Positions 7,990 to 16,910 of a DNA stretch of 64,000 nt are shown piece after piece. A model generated the notes under the pieces. The model was not told where the DNA came from and did not search any database. It was given only the letters and a program-made list of their open reading frames with translations. This stretch comes from Candidatus Eiseniibacteriota bacterium (GTDB lineage Bacteria > Eisenbacteria > RBG-16-71-46 > DASYSL01): contig JBKJJJ010000113.1 of assembly GCA_046598045.1 (NCBI GenBank), positions 800-64,799 on the forward strand, given 5' to 3'. The first letter of the stretch is position 1. The number at the start of each line of letters is the position of its first letter. Both the position numbers and the translations under genes were made by a program.

Positions 7990-8570
7990 TCCTCTCGAAT
8001 ACCAAGATTCACGAAGCGCTGGATCGAGGTCGACTCTTCATCCGACCCGAGCCTTCGCCCCGGTTGCCGACCCCAGGTGTCGAGTGCCCGTACCAGACGA
8101 GCGCAGTGGATCTTCGCCTGGGGGATGAAATCTCATGGCTTGACGAGGGAATGCCAGTCGCGATCGATTTGAGGAGCGGCCGCTTTGCCGAGCTCTTCGG
8201 CAAGAACTCCCAGACTCGCAGGCTCAGCGACGGGCAGCCGTTCCTCCTCGAGCCGGAGCGATTCGTGCTGGCGAAAACTCTCGAACACGTCGAACTGCCT
8301 TTGTCGCCCGACCGGGCGCCGCTTGCCGCCCGAATTGAGGGGCGGAGTTCCTCTGCACGCTGTGGCCTGCTCGTTCACTTCACGGCTCCGACGATCCACG
8401 CCGGATTCAGCGGCAAGATCACGCTCGAGATCATCAACCTCGGGCCTTACCAGATCAATCTCTTCGCGGGCTCACCCATCTGTCAGTTGATTCTCGAAAC
8501 CGTGGATGGAATCCCATTCCAGAACGAGAGCCAGTTCCAGGGCCAGCCCAAGCCTGGCGGCGTTCTCTAG
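7986..8570 (+). CDS. dcd: dCTP deaminase family protein (dUTPase superfamily)
   Basis: Aligns along the full length with E. coli and Mycobacterium Dcd: MILS..I...LDRGRL.I.P, VDLRLG, IEGRSSSARCGLLVH (catalytic Ser region), GFSGKITLEIIN (catalytic Glu) and C-terminal SQFQGQ. Confidence 0.8.
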   Translation: MILSNTKIHEALDRGRLFIRPEPSPRLPTPGVECPYQTSAVDLRLGDEISWLDEGMPVAIDLRSGRFAELFGKNSQTRRLSDGQPFLLEPERFVLAKTLEHVELPLSPDRAPLAARIEGRSSSARCGLLVHFTAPTIHAGFSGKITLEIINLGPYQINLFAGSPICQLILETVDGIPFQNESQFQGQPKPGGVL

Positions 8571-8589
8571 CGCGAGCGAGTTGCGAGCG

Positions 8590-10107
8590 ATGCATAATTT
8601 GCGGCAGCCAAAATCTGCGGTTCGCAGCTCTCGGGTGTCGCCATCGAACCTGGCGCCGCCGCCCGCCGCGCGCGCGTGGTTCGACCCGCGCGCCCCGTAC
8701 CTGGTCCCGCTCGCGCTTGCGCTGTTCACCCGCATCGACTTCGCGCGCCGGCTGCCCTACGCCGCCGAGGACGCGTACATCACGTTCCGCTACGCGGCGC
8801 ACTGGGCGGCGGGGCTCGGCCCGGTCTACAACGCCGGCGAACGCGTGATGGGCTTTTCCTCCCCGCTGTGGATGGCGTGGCTCGCGCTCGGCGCGCTGCT
8901 GCCCGTGCCCATGCTCGACTTCGCGCGCGTCTCCGCGGTCGCGTTGGATCTCGCGGCGCTCGGGCTCATGGCGCGCCTGCTCGCCCGCGACGCGTCGCGT
9001 GCGTCGGCGTGGGCGTTCGCGCTGTTCTTTGCCGTGTTCCCCCTGTTCTCCGCGCACGCCGTACTCGGCATGGAGACCAGCCTGCTCGTGTTCCTGCTCG
9101 CCGCGAGTGCCACGGCGGTGCGCGCGCGGCACCCGGCGGCAGGGGCGCTCGCCGCGCTGCTCGCGCTCACGCGGCCCGAGGGATTGGTCTGCGCGTTGAT
9201 CGTGCTCGTGCTCGCGGACCGGCGCGCGTGGCTCCTCTTCGGCGTGCTCTTCGGCGCGGCGTGTGCGGCCTTGACGCTCTACTTCGGCAGCCCGATCCCC
9301 CAGAGCGTGACCGCGAAGGCGATGACCTACGGCGTGGGCGGCCGCGCGCCGGCGCTCGACTGGCTCGAGGGCTTCGTGCCCGCGTTCCTCGCCGCGCGCT
9401 GGCAGACGCTGCTCGAGGCCCAGCACCTGTTCGCGATCAGCGTGCTCACCCTGCCCGCGGCGATCGCCGGCATGCTGCGCCTGGTCCGCGAGCGTCGCGC
9501 GGCGGGGGCGGTGGCCGCGGCGGGGCTGGCTGTCCTGCTCGGCTACGCGCTGCTCGGGGTGCCGTACTTCGGCTGGTACTTCGTGCTGCCGGTGTTCGGC
9601 TGGGCGGTGGCCGTGGCGGCGGGGATGCCGCTGGTCATTCGATCGCGGCTGGTCTGGGGCGCGCTGGCCGTGTACGTTCTGAGCGACGCGCCTTACCTGT
9701 CGATCCTCTACGTCGGCCGCAACCAGGCGGAGGCCCGCCTGTTCCGCACCGCAGCCGAGACGCTGCGCGAGGACAGCGGGGGACGGGGCACGGTCTTCCT
9801 CGAGCCGATCGGTCACGTCGGCTACGTCACCGGCCTCAAGGTGATCGACGAGGTCGGCCTGGTCTCGCCCGAGGTGCCGCGCCTTCGGCGCGCGGGCGCG
9901 GGCTGGTACACCGACGTCGTGCGCGCGCGCCAGCCGAACTACCTCGTCGTCCGGCCGGCGCTCGTGGACCAGAACAAGGCGCTGACGGGAGCCGCCACGC
10001 CGTTCCGCTCGCTCGCCGAGCGCGACAGCCTGCTCGCAGGCTACGCGCTCGTGGGCGCGCCACCGAAGACCGCCGACGAACTCGTGGTGCTGCGCCGGCG
10101 CCCCTGA
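8590..10107 (+). CDS. Polytopic membrane protein, probable GT-C-fold glycosyl/arabinosyl-transferase-like protein
   Basis: At least 10 hydrophobic segments. An N-terminal loop motif AEDAYITFRYAAHWA recurs in GT-C type membrane transferases. The soluble C-terminal part is about 120 aa. The start was chosen at the first ATG after the dcd stop. Confidence 0.6.
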   Translation: MHNLRQPKSAVRSSRVSPSNLAPPPAARAWFDPRAPYLVPLALALFTRIDFARRLPYAAEDAYITFRYAAHWAAGLGPVYNAGERVMGFSSPLWMAWLALGALLPVPMLDFARVSAVALDLAALGLMARLLARDASRASAWAFALFFAVFPLFSAHAVLGMETSLLVFLLAASATAVRARHPAAGALAALLALTRPEGLVCALIVLVLADRRAWLLFGVLFGAACAALTLYFGSPIPQSVTAKAMTYGVGGRAPALDWLEGFVPAFLAARWQTLLEAQHLFAISVLTLPAAIAGMLRLVRERRAAGAVAAAGLAVLLGYALLGVPYFGWYFVLPVFGWAVAVAAGMPLVIRSRLVWGALAVYVLSDAPYLSILYVGRNQAEARLFRTAAETLREDSGGRGTVFLEPIGHVGYVTGLKVIDEVGLVSPEVPRLRRAGAGWYTDVVRARQPNYLVVRPALVDQNKALTGAATPFRSLAERDSLLAGYALVGAPPKTADELVVLRRRP

Positions 10108-10137
10108 CGCACATCGCATGAGAATGGAGACCGCATC

Positions 10138-10584
10138 GTGAAAGCCCGACTGCTCCTCGCCGAAGCCGCGACCAGCCACCCCGACGGCACGATCAGCATG
10201 CTGCGCGCCGGCATCACCAACGTGTGGGGCGAGCAGCCCCCGGTCCCCTTGCAGGCTTCGCTGATCACGCGCATCGAGGCCGACCTCGGCGACGTCGGCA
10301 ACCACAAGATCGAGATCATGTGCATGGACGAGGACGGCAAGGAGGTCATGCCCAAGCTCGACGGCCAGTTCCAGGTCGCGCGCGGCGGCGGGCACAACAA
10401 CATCCTGCTCAACTTCGGGTTCGCCTTCCCGGCGTTCGGCGTGTACACGTTCGTGGTGCGCGTCGACGGCGTGCAGTATGACTCCTGGACCTTGCGCGCC
10501 GCGCAGGCGCCGGCGCAGGGCCAGGGCCAGGCCCCGGGGCAGCCGCAGATGCCGCCCACGACGCCGGGCGGGCCGGTCCACTAG
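10138..10584 (+). CDS. Hypothetical protein (resembles the DUF6941-type family), Gln/Pro/Gly-rich tail
   Basis: GTG start. Coding-like composition. MKARLLLAEAA....GTISMLRAGI...P.LQASLITRIE....G.HKIEI.C.DEDGKEV...L.G.FQV. No catalytic motifs recognised. Confidence 0.5.
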   Translation: MKARLLLAEAATSHPDGTISMLRAGITNVWGEQPPVPLQASLITRIEADLGDVGNHKIEIMCMDEDGKEVMPKLDGQFQVARGGGHNNILLNFGFAFPAFGVYTFVVRVDGVQYDSWTLRAAQAPAQGQGQAPGQPQMPPTTPGGPVH

Positions 10585-10651
10585 GCCCAGATCGCGCTTG
10601 TCTCCGGCGCGGGGCAGGCGCATCCTCTTCCCGGGTCTCCGGGAGGAAACC

Positions 10652-12916
10652 ATGCCAGGTCGTTCCGTTCCCCCGTGTCGGGGGGCGCGTCCCAAGGCTG
10701 CGCCCGCTCGTTTCGCCCTCGCCCTCGCCACGCTGCTCGTTGTCCTTGCCGCCCCGGCGTTCGCCGCGGCGCCCGGGGTCCGCGCGCTCACCAATCCCGC
10801 TGCGTTCTTCATCGTCCCTGCCGCCCCGTGCGTCGAGGACGACGTGCTGCTCGACTTCGAGATCTGCACCTGCAACACGCAGTGGATCCGCCTCGAGCAT
10901 GCGCCCGATGGGCACGTGCGACTCGACGTGCGGGTCGATCCCCAGGTCGCGTGCGTGCGCTGCGCTCCCGACACGATGGGCATCCGCCTCGGTCACTTCG
11001 CGGCCGGCAACTACCAGATGAAGATCGAGATCGTCTCGCACATCGTGGGCGTCGCGACCGCCGACTCGGTGTTCAGCGAGACGCAAGTGCTCGCGTTCAC
11101 GGTCTCGCCGACGTGCGCCTCGCCCGCCCTGATCCCGTATCTCGACTCCGTGCGGATCGGGCGGCCCAACACGTGTTCCCTGTGCCCGCCGAGCGTGTGC
11201 GCCGGGGACAGCATTCCGGTGTTCCTGAGCGGCGTGTTCCCCGATGCGTGCACCCGGCTGGTCGAGGTGCGGCGCTTCCCCTCGCCGATCGTCGGGCCGT
11301 TCCCCGAGCCCGATATTGTGCAGATCGTCTACGAGACCAACGCGCCGTGTGGCGCCTGCGGGCTTGCCTTCGTTCGGTGGTCGGCCGAAGTCCACCTGCC
11401 GCCGCTGCCGGCAAAGTCCTACGGCCTGATCGTGGAAGCGATCCTGCGCGACACGTGCTCCCAGGACTCGCTGAGGAACTTCGGCCCCTTGATCGTGCCG
11501 TTCGCGGTCAGCGACACCTGCGGGACGAGTCCCGCCTGCTTCGACGCCTCATTCGCGCATCCATTGCTCGGCCCCTGCGACGCGTTCGTCGGTCCGGACC
11601 ACCCGGCCGTCGCCACGCTCGACCTATCGTCGACGGAACCCCTGGGCGGCGTGCAAGGCCACCTGCGCTTCGACCAGCCCGGATTGCGCGTGAGCGCAAT
11701 CGAGGCGATCCCGCCCGACTGGCTCGTGAGCTGGCTCCCGACCGAGGCCGGCGCGGACTTCGTGGCCGTCCACCTGATCCGCAGTCCCGGGACGGTGGCC
11801 GACGCGTCGGCACTCGCGACGCTGCCTTTGCTCAACGTCCATGCGGAGGTGTTGCCCGGAGCGCTTCAGCCCGACCTCGCGCGGCTCGTGCCGGTCGACC
11901 TCCTGGCGGCGAGCAAGCTCGGCCAGGACGTGCCCCAGTGCATCCAGGTGACGGACGCGCGCGACGAGTTCCGCGACCCGGCCGCGCGCTTCTGCCGCGA
12001 GCAGGGGTGCGACTACAACGGTGACTTCCGGGCCGACGTGCGCGATCTCGTGCTCATGCTGCTCTGCCTGCGCGATTCGCTCGACGTCTGCTCTCACGGG
12101 AATCATGCGCAACTCGATTGCGACGGCGACGGGGACCAGGATCTCGACGACGTGCTGTGCTGCGCGCGCGTGATCCTGGGCGGAGCGCACCCCGACAGCA
12201 CGGGCGCTCAGCCGGCGCCCGAGGTGGCGCTCGAGTTCGGCGCGCCGGTCGCGACGGCCGACGGGATCGACGTGCCGGTTGCGTTGCAGTACCCGATGCG
12301 CGTCGGTGCCGCGCGCCTCTCGTTCACGTACCCGGACCAGGTGTTCGCGGGTGCGTCGATCGAGTTGACTGACCACCCCGCGAACTGGCTTGCGCTCGAC
12401 CAGACCGGTGGTGGGCGGGCGACGATGGGCGCGATCCGGCTCGCGCCGGACTACCTGCGCGGCGACCAGTCCTCGATCATCCCGCCGCTGCGCATGACGA
12501 TCCACCTGCGGACGCGCGCGGGGCAGTCGGTGGTGGGCTCGATCGCATTCGTCTCGGGCGACTTCGCCGACGCCGGCGGCGCGACGCTCGTGACGTCGGC
12601 CGCGCCAGTTGCGATGCCGCTGGCCGGTGGGCCGCGCGTCGCGCTGTCGGCGACCCGGCCGAATCCGTTCACGAGCGAGACGCGCTTCAGCATCGCGCTG
12701 ACGCAGGACTCGCAGCTCGAGGTGTCGGTCTACGACCTCGTCGGTCGCCGGGTGGCGACGCTGTTCCGCGGGCTCGCCCCGGCCGGGACGCGCAACTTCA
12801 CGTGGCGGCGCACGCGCGACGACGGTGTGGCGCTCGGGAGCGGTGTCTACTTCGTCCGGGCCACGGCCGGCGGGCAGGCGGTCGGCGGGAAGATGCTGGT
12901 CTTGTCTAGCGAGTAG
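10652..12916 (+). CDS. Large secreted protein with a dockerin-like Asp-rich Ca-binding segment and a FlgD-Ig/T9SS-like C-terminal domain
   Basis: ATG at 10652 after GGGAGGA. Signal peptide (FALALATLLVVLAAPAFAAAP). DYNGDFRADVRDLVLML...DCDGDGDQDLDDVLC. The C-terminus reads NPFTSETRFSIAL...LEVSVYDLVGRRVATLF...GSGVYFVRATAGG. Confidence 0.7.
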   Translation: MPGRSVPPCRGARPKAAPARFALALATLLVVLAAPAFAAAPGVRALTNPAAFFIVPAAPCVEDDVLLDFEICTCNTQWIRLEHAPDGHVRLDVRVDPQVACVRCAPDTMGIRLGHFAAGNYQMKIEIVSHIVGVATADSVFSETQVLAFTVSPTCASPALIPYLDSVRIGRPNTCSLCPPSVCAGDSIPVFLSGVFPDACTRLVEVRRFPSPIVGPFPEPDIVQIVYETNAPCGACGLAFVRWSAEVHLPPLPAKSYGLIVEAILRDTCSQDSLRNFGPLIVPFAVSDTCGTSPACFDASFAHPLLGPCDAFVGPDHPAVATLDLSSTEPLGGVQGHLRFDQPGLRVSAIEAIPPDWLVSWLPTEAGADFVAVHLIRSPGTVADASALATLPLLNVHAEVLPGALQPDLARLVPVDLLAASKLGQDVPQCIQVTDARDEFRDPAARFCREQGCDYNGDFRADVRDLVLMLLCLRDSLDVCSHGNHAQLDCDGDGDQDLDDVLCCARVILGGAHPDSTGAQPAPEVALEFGAPVATADGIDVPVALQYPMRVGAARLSFTYPDQVFAGASIELTDHPANWLALDQTGGGRATMGAIRLAPDYLRGDQSSIIPPLRMTIHLRTRAGQSVVGSIAFVSGDFADAGGATLVTSAAPVAMPLAGGPRVALSATRPNPFTSETRFSIALTQDSQLEVSVYDLVGRRVATLFRGLAPAGTRNFTWRRTRDDGVALGSGVYFVRATAGGQAVGGKMLVLSSE

Positions 12917-12983
12917 GGTGGTCTCCGGCGCGCGGGGCGTTGCATTGGTGGCGCCCCGCGCGGCCCCGCCTTAAACTGTCCCC

Positions 12984-14261
12984 ATGACCTCCGAAGTGCT
13001 CTCGATCGGCAACGAAGTCCTCTCCGGCCGCACGCTCGACACCAACATGCAGTTCCTCGCCCGCCTGCTCGAGGAGGCGGGCGCCCGCGTCGTCGGCCAC
13101 CAGGCCGTGCCGGACACGGCGGGTGCGATCGCGCGCGCGCTCGACCTCGCGTTTTCGCGCGCCGATCTCATCGTGACCACCGGGGGACTCGGCCCGACGC
13201 CGGACGACCTCACCGTCTCCGCGGTCGCCGGAGCGCTCGGGCTCGGAACCCACAAGGACGAGGGCGTGCTCGCCGCGCTGCGCGCGCGCTGGACCGCGAT
13301 CGGTCGCGGCGACATGCCCGCCAACAACGAGCAGCAGGCGCTGATCCCCGACGGCGCGACCACGTGGACGAACCCGGTCGGCAGCGCGCCCGGCATCCTG
13401 CTCGAGCTCTCCGGCAAGCGCGTCGTGATGCTGCCAGGCGTGCCCGAGGAGATGCGCGAGCTCGCGCGGCAATTCCTCGCGCCGATGGTGCGCGCGGCGA
13501 GCGGCGACGTCGTCGAGTACGCGCTCGTGCGCACGGTCGGCATCGCCGAGTCGGTGCTCGAGCAACGCCTCGCCGACCTCTCGACGATCGTCGACGGCGC
13601 GTGGGTCGCGTACCTGCCCGGCCTCGGCGGCGTGGACGTGCGCGTGGCGCTGCCCACGGGCGCCGACGCCGCCACGCGCGCCGCGCTCGCCCAGCGCGTG
13701 CGCGAGGTCGTGGTCGAGCGCGCGGGCGAATACGTGTACGCCATCGACGATCGCGCGCTCGAGCGCGTCGTGCTCGACCTGCTGGGCGAGCGCGGCTGGC
13801 GGCTGGTGGTCGCCGAGTCGTGCACCGGCGGCCTGCTCGGCGGGCGGCTCACCGAGATCGTGGGCGCGTCGGCGTCGTTCGACGGCGGCGTGATCTGCTA
13901 TTCGAACGCGGCCAAGGTCGCATTGTGCGGCGTCTCCGAGGCCACGCTCGCCGCGCACGGCGCGGTCAGCGCGGAGGTGGCGCGCGAGCTCGCGGTGGGC
14001 GTCGCGCAGCGCTTCGGCGCGGCGTGCGGCATCGGCGTCACCGGCATCGCCGGGCCCGACGGCGGCACGCCGGAGAAGCCGCTCGGCACCGTGCACGTCG
14101 CGGCCTGCACGCCGGACGGCGTGTACCATCGCCCGATGCGCCTGTTCGGCAACCGCGCGCAGGTGCGCGAGCGATCGGTCACCGCCGCACTCGAGCTCAT
14201 GCGCCGTCGCCTGCTCGGCCTGCCGGCGACCTCCCCGGGCGCGCTGTTCACGCCGCGCTGA
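12984..14261 (+). CDS. cinA: Competence/damage-inducible protein CinA (MoCF-binding domain plus PncC NMN amidohydrolase domain)
   Basis: EVLSIGNEVLSGRTLDTN...ADLIVTTGGLGPTPDDLT at the N-terminus. The C-terminal half reads VAESCTGGLLG...GGVICYSN..K...LGV. It sits in the conserved position upstream of recA. Confidence 0.9.
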   Translation: MTSEVLSIGNEVLSGRTLDTNMQFLARLLEEAGARVVGHQAVPDTAGAIARALDLAFSRADLIVTTGGLGPTPDDLTVSAVAGALGLGTHKDEGVLAALRARWTAIGRGDMPANNEQQALIPDGATTWTNPVGSAPGILLELSGKRVVMLPGVPEEMRELARQFLAPMVRAASGDVVEYALVRTVGIAESVLEQRLADLSTIVDGAWVAYLPGLGGVDVRVALPTGADAATRAALAQRVREVVVERAGEYVYAIDDRALERVVLDLLGERGWRLVVAESCTGGLLGGRLTEIVGASASFDGGVICYSNAAKVALCGVSEATLAAHGAVSAEVARELAVGVAQRFGAACGIGVTGIAGPDGGTPEKPLGTVHVAACTPDGVYHRPMRLFGNRAQVRERSVTAALELMRRRLLGLPATSPGALFTPR

Positions 14262-14266
14262 CCGCC

Positions 14267-14836
14267 ATGGATCCCACGCGCACATTCCTCGCGGTCTTCC
14301 CGCCGAATGACGTGGTCCTTCGTCTCGCGGCCGCGATCGATGCGCTCAAGCAGCCCGGCGACGGCGTCGGCTGGGTGCGCCCGGCGAATCTCCATTACAC
14401 GCTGCGTTTCCTCGGCGCACTTGCGCCGGCGCAAGTCGAGGCCGCGCGCCGGGCCGCCGCCGCGGCCGCGGGGGGCGCCGCGCCGTTCACCGTGCGGCTG
14501 GGCGCGCCGGGCATGTTTCCCGACGCGCGGCGCCCGCGCGTGCTGTGGCTCGGCGCGGCCGAGGGCGCGAGCGCGCTCACGCGCCTGGCGAGCGGCCTCG
14601 AGACCGCGCTCGCGCGCGAGGGCTTCGCGCCCGCGGACAAGCCGTTCGCGCCCCACCTCACGCTCGGGCGCGTGCGCGACGCGGCGGACGGGCCGGCGGT
14701 GGCGCGGCGCTTCGCGGGGGCGGAGTTTCCGGGCGCGGGGTTCGACGTGCGCGAGTTGCTCGTGGTCAAGAGCACGCTCGATCCGGGCGGGGCGCGGTAC
14801 GAGGTGATCGGGCGGGCGCCGCTGACCCCGGGCTAG
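14267..14836 (+). CDS. thpR: RNA 2',3'-cyclic phosphodiesterase (2H family, ThpR/LigT)
   Basis: Two H-x-T/S-x motifs ([10 protein letters not shown] and APHLTLGRV), and RTFLAV at the N-terminus. 189 aa. This is only the 3' part of the long ORF 13364..14836. Confidence 0.85.
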   Translation: MDPTRTFLAVFPPNDVVLRLAAAIDALKQPGDGVGWVRPANLHYTLRFLGALAPAQVEAARRAAAAAAGGAAPFTVRLGAPGMFPDARRPRVLWLGAAEGASALTRLASGLETALAREGFAPADKPFAPHLTLGRVRDAADGPAVARRFAGAEFPGAGFDVRELLVVKSTLDPGGARYEVIGRAPLTPG

Positions 14837-14919
14837 TTCTGTCCCCGGCCTGCCCTAAGGTGATCTGCGTTCGGGGGAGCCTCCCCCGGGGCGATGGCCG
14901 GGGGCCCAAAAATCTTCGG

Positions 14920-14947
14920 TTGCGCCTACTGCACAAATGTGTACAAT
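14920..14947 (+). promoter_or_regulatory. Candidate sigma70-type promoter of recA (TTGCGC-N16-TACAAT) containing a CACA-AA-TGTG inverted repeat
   Basis: Hexamers read at 14920-14925 and 14942-14947, about 105 nt upstream of the recA ATG. The small palindrome in the spacer could be a LexA-type operator, but it matches no consensus I can name. Confidence 0.35.
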
Positions 14948-15051
14948 GCCTCCCGTGGCCGCTCGCAGGGCGGCTTTCGGGGCGATCGCCCCACGGGTCC
15001 CCTGAGCCGAACCCGGCTCTACCCCGCTCCCGGAAAAGGAGACAGCGCCTC

Positions 15052-16158
<1,107 letters not shown>

Positions 16159-16165
16159 GCCCGCG

Positions 16166-16762
16166 ATGAGCCCGACACCCATCGACGCCGAGGTCTCTCC
16201 CCGGGACGTCGACAAGGCGCGCGAAGCAGCGCTGCGCCTGCTCGATCGCTCCCGGAAGACCCGGCGGGATCTCGCACGCAAACTGATCGAGCGCGAGCAC
16301 GGACCCGAGGCGGTAGCCGCCGCCCTCGACCGGCTCGCGCGCGTCGGTCTGGTCGACGACGTCGAGTACGCCAAGGCGTTCGTGAGATCGAAGCTGGCCC
16401 GGCGCGCGGTCGCCCTGCGCGTCATCCGCCAGGAGCTCAAGCGCCGCGGCGTGTCCGATCCCGACGCCGAGCAGGCACTCGCTGAGCTCGACGCCGAGTC
16501 CCTGGTCGACGAAACCCAGCGCGGCGATGCCGGGGCGGCCCTGCGTCGGCTCGGCGGCGTGGGGGAGCGGGCCCGGGCCGAACGCGCGTTGGCCCCGCTC
16601 TGGCGGCGGCACCACGCGCTCGACCCGCGCCAGCGCCGGGCGCGCTGTGCAGCCGCAATGGCGCGCCGGGGCTTCGACTACGGGACCGTGGCCGAGGCGC
16701 TGGACGCCGCTGCCCGCGCCGATCCGGTCCCGCCCGACCCGGGTGGATCCGGCCCCGAATAG
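16166..16762 (+). CDS. recX: RecA regulator RecX
   Basis: [23 protein letters not shown]...[27 protein letters not shown]... shows the three-repeat RecX helical pattern. It lies directly after recA. Confidence 0.85.
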   Translation: MSPTPIDAEVSPRDVDKAREAALRLLDRSRKTRRDLARKLIEREHGPEAVAAALDRLARVGLVDDVEYAKAFVRSKLARRAVALRVIRQELKRRGVSDPDAEQALAELDAESLVDETQRGDAGAALRRLGGVGERARAERALAPLWRRHHALDPRQRRARCAAAMARRGFDYGTVAEALDAAARADPVPPDPGGSGPE

Positions 16763-16910
16763 CCCACCCGAAGACGGCCCAGAAATCCCACCACCGCGCT
16801 ACCGCCCCTGTCGGGAATTGGCTACACTCCCCGCGGCGCGTTCCGCCCGGTTGTCGCGCCCCATCCAGAGTACGTCTGCCGCTCTCGCAGGTTTCGACAG
16901 GATCGCGTTC

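Noticed and set aside
13364-14266. The 5' 900 nt of the 490-aa ORF 13364..14836, and the similar long N-terminal extensions of ORFs 14545..16158, 15980..16762, 22102..23532, 24015..25079, 24227..26032, 31289..32398, 31918..33744, 36970..39798 and 47185..51408.
   Set aside because: These extensions overlap well-supported upstream genes in another frame and translate to Arg/Pro/Gly-rich low-complexity sequence. The real genes start at internal start codons, where conserved N-termini and SD-like sequences appear.
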